From assembly GCF_964355755.1 (NCBI RefSeq), contig NC_092679.1:21187432-21251431 (forward strand): 64,000 nt of DNA, in the 5' to 3' direction. The notes under the pieces were generated by a model, which saw only the letters and a program-made list of their open reading frames with translations, did not search any database and had not been told where the DNA came from. Made by a program: the position numbers and the translations under genes. This stretch comes from Antedon mediterranea. Its lineage: Eukaryota; Animalia; Echinodermata. Numbering within the stretch: the first letter of the stretch is position 1; every line of letters starts with the position of its first letter. This document shows positions 12,645-22,075 of this stretch, in pieces.

Positions 12645-15600
12645 ATGACGGCTTATTTGGCATTATGTCTCCTGTTTCTTGCTATTACTGTTAAATCCGA
12701 TCCTACACGATGTGGTATGTAGGCTATGCATTTTGTATGTTTGGTTGGTTAGAAAGTCACTTACATTGTAGGCCATGATACAATGGTCATTAGGCATATG
12801 ATAATATTATAACAATCGTTCTTAAATACCCCGGTAATTTTTTTTTTTTTTGATCAAACACATGGAATCATACTTCAATAATGGAGTATAAGCGTCGCAT
12901 ATACAGTGTTTACTTGAAACTGAATGATGCTATTAACAATGTAATTGGTATCACGTCAACCTCTATTGTGTCCTCCGAATGCTGGTTGCTTGTCTTCATA
13001 ATTGTATTTCTGTTATATCGAATGGCTTGATAAAGCTTGGTTTATAGGGCGACTTTGCGTTGCGCTAACGACCTTGCGTTGCGCTGACGACCTTGCGTTG
13101 CGCTGACGACCTTGCGTTGCGCTGACGACCTTGAGTTGCGCTGACGACCTTGAGTTGCGCTTACGACCTTGCGTTGCGCTAACGACCTTGCGTTGCGCTG
13201 ACGACCTTGCGTTGCGCTGATGACCTTGCGTTGGGCTTACGACCTTGCGTTGCGCTAACGACCTTGCGTTGAGCTGACGACCATGCGTTGCGCTTACGAC
13301 CTTGCGTTGCGTCCTATAAACCAAGATTATATATAAAACAATCATAATGGTAAATTAACTTTACATGATGTTTTTTATCTTATAGATGCTCCGAGCATGG
13401 AAGCTCTTGTAGTCGAGGTAATTGTAGATAATCAATCAATAAACAATCAATGATAAAGGAATGAGTTATCTCTGTTATTTTAGTAAAAACAAAATTTACA
13501 TTACACCATGGAGGAAATTTCCTCCATGATTACACAATTCTGGTTCCCATTAGGACGCAACGCACGGACGTTAGTATAGCGTAACTCAAATGATTTGACC
13601 AATCACAAACGATGTATTATTCGAACTATCGTCTTTCATTGGTCAACTCGCTCGATTTAAGCCTGTTTTGTGCGTATAAAATAAACTGTAAATCTGGCAT
13701 TACTATATAATATAAATATGGAAATATTAAATTGAAATTTTAAGTCAAATTTTTTGGAAGTACACTAAACAAATGAAAGGGTTTGGCTAGTTATAGTTAT
13801 TTTAGCTGATGAATCTCATATTCTCAACTAAAAGTTAGTAGTTACCAGATCTGGAAGATTAACAACAATTCCAGTTAAAACAAATAGACATAAATTTTCA
13901 TTCTTACCTAGCGCTATTAGACTACACAACAATGAGTTCAAAAGATAGGTCATTAGGTCTGTTGTAATTTATATTGCCGTTGATCAGCTGTTAGTTCTAT
14001 GTTGATCATGAATGTAAATATTATGTGTGTATTGTTTTACTTGTGTTTTTCTGCCAAGAAAACAATTATCATTGTACCATGTATGAATGACTTAATAAAT
14101 CGAATCTGAATCTGTCATATCACAAAGTTAACATTTTAAATTCTTATATATTTTAGGTGGACTATATGTTCAGATATAGTTTTGTAACCAATTTGTCATA
14201 CGACGCACAGAATAATACTTTAAGTAAACGTTTCGTCAGTGCAAAGGCTTACAAACGTGGTACAATCCAAAATCGTCGTTACGACCTCCTTTATTTTCAC
14301 GAAAACGTGAGTTATGTTATCAATACCTATCCCATTTGTTTTTTTATTTGTAGGCCGTTTTTGAAGCCAGAAACCTTATTAAACTCATTAAAACTTCACA
14401 TCTCATCCTACATCTATATGGTTCCATTCACCAGTTTTCTGTTATTTTTTTATTCCTTCTTTGTAAATCATGTGTCCGCAGCGATGATATTGTCTGTATT
14501 ATATAGGCATACAATTCCTGTAAATGTACTGTACGTATAATAATGTATTTACATAAAATGCTATTATGCCTAATTGTCAGCCTATCAATTAAAAATATTT
14601 TGGATTGAGGCTTATGAATTTACTTTTTTTAGGAAACACTTCAAGCATTTCGTTTGGATCTGGACACAAAGCATTGCAGTACTAAAGAAATCAGCAAAGA
14701 ACCGCGACCCCTTTTCGGAATTCCGGAACACGCAAAATTCGGCGGAGAAAGCATCCATAGGGATTCCGGCATGTATAGGGAATCCGGTATTCTTGTAAAC
14801 AAGTGGTGGGCAAACACCGAACGAAGTCAGCAAAATATATATCAAATTAAGAGAATTTTTCACGCTATTAAAACTGTCTAAAGAAGCTCCATCTACACTA
14901 TCAAACTTTATGTGACAAAATAGTGTGCCCATAATAATGGACATGATGATGTCATGTCACTACCATATTTGGGCATATCACTACCATATTTGGGCATATC
15001 ACTACCATATTTGGGCACATCTCACTTTTTTGTGAAACTAGTTTGATAGTGTAGACAGAGCTTTAAAAAGCGGTAACCATAATTTACTCACCAGAAGCTA
15101 GTCACCCGATTTCTGTTAAATTTTAACTGACTATTGAATGTCATCAACGTATAATATGAATAGGACGTACGAATATTTTTGTTATGTGTCCATTTTGTGG
15201 ATCTTACTTAGGTCATTACATTGGTTTTTGGACACAGGATTGTTTGCCAGTCTATGAGACTTATGAGTATACTCGTATCGTGTAAGTATGTTACGGCTTT
15301 ACCACGTTGAAACACCGGTTCTCGTCAGATCACCGAAGTTAAGCGACGTTGGGCCTGGTTAGAGCTTGGATGGGAGATGAGACCATCTGGGAATAACGGG
15401 TGCTGTATACGGAGCTGGGGTCCCGTTAGGCATTTGAAATCAGCACTGCTGACTCTTATGGCAGCCCCTGCATGCATCTAGTATCTGCCTCAGACCTCTG
15501 GTCAAGGTGGGCACTGGACGAGATTATTGTTAGGACCAATCAAGGTGCTTTAAACAGTCCTGGCTTTGTTTGTATTAAACCTGTTAGTGGCGGTAATTAT

Positions 15601-16177
15601 CGCTGTTGGTTGGATTTAAAAAATAAAAAAAATATATTACATTTAACATTTTAAGGCCAATTTACACAGACGAGCGTTAACGGTAGGCCTAAGCAGAAAA
15701 CCGCGTAGCTCGTCGAGGTCCCACGTAGAATATGTATCTATCCTCAGCGGAACTATCAAATATTAGTAAATTGACAGGGGTATTTTCCATTAGCAATTAT
15801 TTGTGCGAATCGAACATTCTCGCGTTCTGATTGGTCGTGTCACTAATGCGTGTTTCCCACTAGAGACGCAACACAATGACGTAACGCAACGTAATGGATT
15901 TGATCAATCACAAACGATGAATTATTCGAACTGTCGCTTGTCATTGGTCAACCCGCTTACGTTGCGTTTCGTCGTTGTGTTTTGTCTCTAGTGGGAACCA
16001 AGCATTAAAGTGGATGAAATAAGAATACGCAATGAGCATTACTGACCAATATCGAATAAAGTCGCCTAAATAGAAAACATTTTATGATTCGTATTTTACA
16101 GGTACTCTTACGTCGAACTTGGCATTTGGGATCCCAATGTGTTTGTACCACCACTTGAAAAATGTTTTTTTCCATAA
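12645..16177 (+). CDS. EPDR: Ependymin-related secreted protein, divergent tandem copy 3 (6 exons, 196 aa)
   Basis: Exons 12645-12714, 13386-13417, 14157-14306, 14633-14825, 15212-15281, 16102-16177 (591 nt, open). MTAYLALCLLFLAITVKSDPTRC, LSYDAQN, KHC, FGIPEHAKFGGE, GILVNKW, DCLPV, LGIWDPNVFVPPLEKC. The exon 4 donor is a weak A|GTCAGC. Confidence 0.85.
13034..13327. mobile_element. MITE with an internal 19-bp tandem array
   Basis: TIRs agcttggtttatagg / cctataaaccaagat enclose about 13 copies of gaccttgcgttgcgctgac; in EPDR-3 intron 1. Confidence 0.75.
13700..14114 (+). mobile_element. Decayed LINE 3' end with (TGAATC)n-like tail
   Basis: Translates ...KTNRHKFSFLPSAIRLHN near 13878, a LINE ORF2 C-terminal motif; ends aataaatcgaatctgaatctg. 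Confidence 0.55.
14885..15062. mobile_element. MITE family A (PIF/Harbinger-like)
   Basis: TIR agctctgtctacactatcaaact...agtttgatagtgtagacagagct; internal 21-bp repeats cactaccatatttgggcatat. Confidence 0.85.
15289..15633 (+). mobile_element. 5S rRNA-derived SINE (SINE3-type) or 5S pseudogene with an attached body
   Basis: 15289-15410 follows eukaryotic 5S rRNA (tacggc..taccacgttgaaacaccggttctcgtcagatcaccgaagttaagc...ttggatggga...ctgggaata.cgggtgctgta) with substitutions and a small insertion. There is no T-run terminator. A ~200-bp GC-richer body and an A-rich tail follow. Confidence 0.8.
15846..16006. mobile_element. MITE family B
   Basis: Ends tgcgtgtttcccactagagac...gtctctagtgggaaccaagca; internal caatca/attggtc boxes. 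Confidence 0.7.
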
Positions 16178-16586
16178 TTGATGGATTGACGATCGAAATG
16201 GTCAGTTGTATCAACGACTTGATTTGATTAACGTACTCTTTAAGGGTGGAGGTAAAAAAGGAACGAAAATAAGTATAATATAATATAGTTGGTGGATTTA
16301 ATTAATTATTATTATGATTCTTTTTTTAAAATTTAAATTGTCACATTGAAGGTGAATATCATTTTAGCTATAGCCTTGTCTACACTAGTAAGCTTGACCG
16401 AGTTTTTGTTCGCAAACTTGGAGTTCTTGAGTTTGCGAAAAAAGGTTTTCCAGTGTAGACGGGGCTTTAGTTTGTCCTTTTTATTCCAGAAAGGTACTTC
16501 CTCAATGTTATTGGTTTCCTAAAGTTGAATCCACAAATATACCATTACGCCGACACTAATTTAAATATACATTTCTGTTTCTTTTA

Positions 16587-16733
16587 AGCTTGGTTCCCAC
16601 TAGAACGTAACGCAATGACAAGCGAAGTTATAGACAGTTAGCAATCACAAGCAAATAAGCCATCGCTTGTGATTGGTCAATTCACTTGCGTTGCGTTACG
16701 TCCTTGCGTTGCCTCGCTAGTGGGGACCACGCT
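16587..16733. mobile_element. MITE family B
   Basis: agcttggttcccactag...ctagtggggaccacgct; nearly identical to 49670-49848. Confidence 0.8.
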
Positions 16734-16737
16734 TTAA

Positions 16738-17171
16738 AGGACAACTTGACCGAGAACCATATTTTAACAACGTATTAGGGATGTACATATGATTTCAGAA
16801 CCATCGTGAGATTAAGGATATTGCCGCACGCGTTTGCCGTACAGCCGTCGCCGTAAATTGCTGTCACAGGTGCATCGCAAAATTTACGTTATGAGTTTTC
16901 TGGCAAAGTCTGGCAAATCGCGAAAATTTCTAGTAAACACACTTTGTAAATACATCGTAAAAAATATAAATGTTGATTTTTTTTATTGTTTTTTTTTTGC
17001 TTTTCTGGACTCATTAAGTAGATTTTGCAATGCAACTGTGACGTCACAGCAATTTACGGCGACGGCTGTACGGCGAGCGCGTGCGGCGATATTCTTAATC
17101 TCTTAATTGTTCTGAAATCATATATGTAGACATATACCTTGTTAAAATATGGTCCTCGGTCAATTTTTCCT
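16738..17171. mobile_element. Palindromic MITE, Kolobok-like (TTAA TSD)
   Basis: TTAA|aggacaacttgaccgagaaccatattttaacaa...ttgttaaaatatggtcctcggtcaatttttcct|TTAA; the arms stay complementary for over 100 bp. Confidence 0.8.
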
Positions 17172-18139
17172 TTAAATAAGACAATGTGTATTATAATTTT
17201 AAGACGTTTCAAATTGAGTGGGACACTGATAACATAAGGAAATAAATTTCCTATAGGTCACGTGCCTAGGAAGAAGATAAATGTCACATGTGTAGACCTA
17301 TAACTTGTTCTTGTTTGGTTAGCCGTTCTCAATTGAGAACATCAGGTCATTGCCTTTGCGTGAGAGAGAAATATACCTTATGTGCATCAGATATGTCTTT
17401 TTTAGTTTAATTTAATTACACTAATATTAATATTAATAATAAAGCATAAATATAATTATTATACAAATGTAAAAAGAATATTATTTAGGTAATACAATAC
17501 AATAACACTTTATTATCTCAAATTGCTGGGAACTCATTCATAATTTTAAAACATGGATCAACTAAATATAATATAATAATTTAATAACAATAAAAAAAAA
17601 AATAAATTGTTATTACCCGGTGGTATAGAGAGATACAAACAATATTAATTGGTTAAAGTCAATTAATTTACAAAATAATCATTGAATATATTATCATTAT
17701 ATTATCCATTTTATTATAATTCAAATTATAACCACGGCGTCCGTGAACCTTTTTGCACTAGTTCGTCTTCGGCAAATTTTCCTGTTATATAAATATCAAG
17801 TTCAATAATAAATAGGTTAACTTTTAATTATTATATTTTATTCACAATAATATTAATATTAATACTGTAGTACAGCATAAATAATATACGCTTTATAAAT
17901 ATAAACAATTCAATACTAGTTAGTAGGAGATATACATTTTTACGATAATTGGCGGCGAAATCCTTGACCGATTTCGGATTCCGTAATAGGACGTACGCTC
18001 GAAGTTTTCTTCGGCCACCGGACCGAATAGTGATGTGAATGTCTTACAATAAAGCCACATTTACTTATACTGTACTCGATAAAAAGACAAACAAAACACA
18101 CACACGTTCCGTTCCGTCGCAACTCTTCTTTCAGTGTAA

Positions 18140-18368
18140 AAGCAGCCGATTCCCAGTGCTGTGTCTCCACATACTATCTATTTCCGAAGTATCATAGGAA
18201 TATTTGGTAATATACAGTATCACATGTGGTGCCTGTATCATGTAAGGTTAGGTTGAGGGTTAGGTTACCCTGTATACAAGTGAAACACATGTGATGTTGT
18301 ATTACCAAATATTCCTATGATACTTCGGAAATACTGCTACAGAGAATACCGAGAATCGGCTGGTAAAA
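18140..18368. mobile_element. Fold-back interspersed repeat with a ggttag-rich centre
   Basis: Inverted arms tatttccgaagtatcataggaatatttggtaata / tattaccaaatattcctatgatacttcggaaata around aggttaggttgagggttaggtt. A related copy lies in the opposite orientation at ~62420-62700. Confidence 0.65.
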
Positions 18369-18751
18369 GCAGGTTAATTTAGTTTGCTCCAAACAAGGTA
18401 TACTTTTTGAATGATTTAATGTTTTGAATGACAATTATGATGCAGATGATAATGGCCATCAGAACGGAAGGATAACTTTAACAAGGTAATGAGGAAAACT
18501 GATATATAGGCCTACTTATATTATAATATACAGTTGATCCATCTTATATCCACATACATGGTTTATCGTATGAACATCATGTTAGTCTTTCTTTTTAAGT
18601 ATAGTATTAGGAACGGGGTTACCTTGTATGCGAAGGGGAATGTTTTCGGCGCTAAAAGGCATGTAATAAAGCCTATAGGTATTGTACATTATCGTCACCA
18701 AAAGATGATAATAATACACGTTGTTTTTGTCGATCAAGGCAGAAGGAATTT

Positions 18752-21372
18752 TAGTCCATGGGATTTAGCCATAAAATGACCCTTTTCTCACACAAATTGC
18801 AAGAAAAGGTTTTTTTGATGAAATGTGTTCTTTAGACCCTACTGAAGACATTTATCAACGTTAGGACATTTTTCGACAACGGGAAGTAGCCTAATTTGCA
18901 TAATTAAAAATGGCCGCCATTTTTAATAACGTACTCTGTATCTTGGAAACCGCTAGTCACAGGTACTTAATTATGGTGTCAAAATCGTTAAAATATATGT
19001 TTTTATATTCACTTTATTGAAAAAGTTTGTCCAAAAATGAATGGAAGTGCTATTTCTAACATTATTGACCTTTGACCTTGAATTCTCATATCTCAGCAAC
19101 CACTAATCGGAGATATACAAATTAGGGCTTAAATTGTTCAAAAACTACACATTTATATCCAGTCTAATGGCATGTTTTTGCAAAAAATGGCAGATTCTAA
19201 CATTATTGACCCTTGACCTTGATTTATCATATCTTAGCAACCACTAATAGGAGAGACACAAAATATGGCTCAAAATGTTCAGAAACTACATATTTATATT
19301 TAGTTTAATGGCATGTTTTTGCCAAAAATGGCCGATTCTAACATTATTGACCTTTGAACTTTGCACTACATAAAATCGCATAACTTTGAAAATATTGTAC
19401 ATATGGAATTATTTTTAGTGTCAAATTGTTCAAAACATACATGTTTCTATAGAGTCCAATGACACATTTTGTCCAATAATGGCCTATTGTATGGTTATTA
19501 ACATTTGAACTATATTTGAAAAGGATTTAAACCCGGAATCTTCTTCATGTAGGCATTCATTAGAACATGTGATTTGGCACTACTTGTTTAGAATATGGTG
19601 GTAATTTAAAGTGCATGTAACCAGTTGATTTAATTTAGTTACTGAAAATATTCACTTTTTAAAAAAATATTAGACTATGTATACATACATTTAAGGTTTG
19701 GATTATTAATAAATTTTAAATTAGGTCTTACATCTTACTCAGGAGAAAGTTGGTGTTCACACTATTAACAGAGCCAACAAAGATGTCGTTTTATTTATGA
19801 TATATTGTAATACTTTAAATAGGCCATGTCATCTTGCAGGTTTATTAAAGTTTTTTTCAAATTAGTAATTTATTTTTCGATCAAATTAAATTGGCATTAA
19901 ATGGCATATTCAACAAACAAATTTCTAAAGATTATTTAGTTTGTCTAATAACAACTCCCTGGTTTATATTTTGTTAAGGATAGCATCACTCTTGAGGGCA
20001 TTCTTTTAGGTTGAAACATAGTCTTATTAAGAAGGCCTTTTCTACTACTAGACGCATTGTTGACAACTGGAATTTTAAAAGATCGATATTAATGCAACAT
20101 ATTTAGTTTAGGTTAAATTGGCTATCGAGACTCATAATTAGGCTGACCACCACTTGCAATATTTTCGCCGTATACAGTAAAAACCTCAGTTTCTTATGGA
20201 ATTTATTTATTATTTCAATAACCATATACAGTATGACTACTAGTGGTGTATTGTTTTTAACCTTTTATAATTTTTTTTTTACTTTTTTTACGTGAATGTA
20301 TTGTGTATGTACCATGTTTCTATGTGGTTTAATTTTTACCATTTTTAACCATCAATTTTAATGCTTTTAATATAAATATCTTGTAATTCAGCTTCAGCTG
20401 CGAAGACGATAAGAAATAAAATAAACAAACGTGTAAACTTGTAGGCAGTTTATGGATGAATGCAATAGTAGTTTATGCTTATAAATTTAATGTACCAATG
20501 GCCTACTTTAAACTAAACATAATAAGTCAACGTTGCAACTCTTACATTTTAGAGTGCCAAATCACATGTTCTAATGGATGTCCACATGAAGAAGATTCCG
20601 GGTTTAAATCCTTTTCAAATATAGTTCAAATGTTAATAACCATACAATAGGCCATTATTGGACATAATGTGTCATTGGATTCTATAGAAACATGTATGTT
20701 CTGAACAATTTGACACTAAAAATAATTTCATATGTACAATATTTTCAAAGTTATGAGATTTTATGTAGTGCAAAGTTCAAAGGTCAATAATGTTAGAATC
20801 GACCATTTTTGGCAAAAACATGCCATTAAACTAAATATAAATATGTAGTTTCTGAACAGTTTGAGCCATATTGTGTGTCTCCCAGATTAGTAGTTGCTAA
20901 GATATGGTAAATCAAGGTCAAAGGTCAATAATGTTAGAATCCGCCATTTTTTGCAAAAACATGCCATTAGACTGGATATAAATGTGTACTTTCTGAACAA
21001 TTTAAGCCCTAATTTGTATATCTCCGATTAGTGGTTGCTGAGATATGATAAATCAAGGTCAAAGGTCAATAATGTTAGAAATAGCACTTCCATTCATTTT
21101 TGGACAAACTTTTTCATTAAAGTGAATATAAATACATATATTCTAACGATTTTAACACCATAATTAAGTATCTGTGACTAGCGGTTTCCAAGATACATAG
21201 TACGTTATTAAAAATGGCCGCCATTTTTAATTATGCAAATTAGGCTACTTCCCGTTGTCGAAAAATGTCCTAACGTTGATAAATGTCTTCAGTAGGGTCT
21301 AAAGAACACATTTCATCAAAAAAACCTTTTCTTGCAATTTGTGTGAGTTAAAAGTCTAAATCCCATGGACTA
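18752..21372. mobile_element. Non-autonomous DNA transposon with ~820-830-bp TIRs (Academ-like)
   Basis: Left arm 18752-19581 is the reverse complement of right arm 20553-21372. Termini are TAGTCCATGGGATTTAG...CTAAATCCCATGGACTA with a putative 3-bp TTT TSD. Each arm has ~120-140-bp subrepeats. No transposase ORF. The superfamily is inferred from the TAG termini and long TIRs. Confidence 0.85.
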
Positions 21373-22075
21373 TTTATCACACTTGCACAATATGTAAATT
21401 ATCTGATTTGCATGCGCATAAACAGGTTTGAATAAACCAGGTCCACGTTCTAGTGTAGAATTCTAATCACAGAGAAGCAGCTTCAGCTATTCGGCTTGGT
21501 CTTTGAAACAAAGTAAGACTAAGACATTACATTTATTTATATTTTTAATTTCAATTGAGGCAATCAAGTTTCCAATCAGAATGTATTTATTTCATGCTTA
21601 TTAGTTGACCATGGAAGATGCCTTCTGCTCTCTTTTCGTAGGTCATCTCAGTGTTTTTAAACTAAAGTATACATTTTGATATACAGATACAGTACTGTAT
21701 TATCATAATACCTTATGTATTGCCTTTGACTTAGGTACCATTGACCTCTTATATCCAATTCTATAAAGAATACTTTACTTTATTTCTTATCTCTATTTAC
21801 TAACATAGTATAGGCTAATATAAGGACAATAGTAAAAAAAAACACACCGTTGTTGCTTTACTTTTTTAACAGTAGGTCGTACAACCTTTAATTCAGGGTA
21901 TTTTACCAAACACCTCAAAGGTGTGTCTCAAACCCAGGATGTAAATAAACATAACCACACTCACTGTGTATAGTGGTGTCTAGTTAATAAACATAGCAAC
22001 ATTTCTTAATTATTTAAAGTTAAAAACTAGACATTCTTTTAGAGTACTGTACTGTACTGTATAAGTTATATTTCT

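Noticed and set aside
15289-15410. Functional 5S rRNA gene
   Set aside because: Single intronic copy with an insertion near box C, altered ends and no oligo-T terminator; it runs into a SINE-like body.
18245-18270. Telomeric repeat or telomerase RNA template
   Set aside because: Only a few imperfect ggttag units at the centre of an interspersed fold-back repeat.
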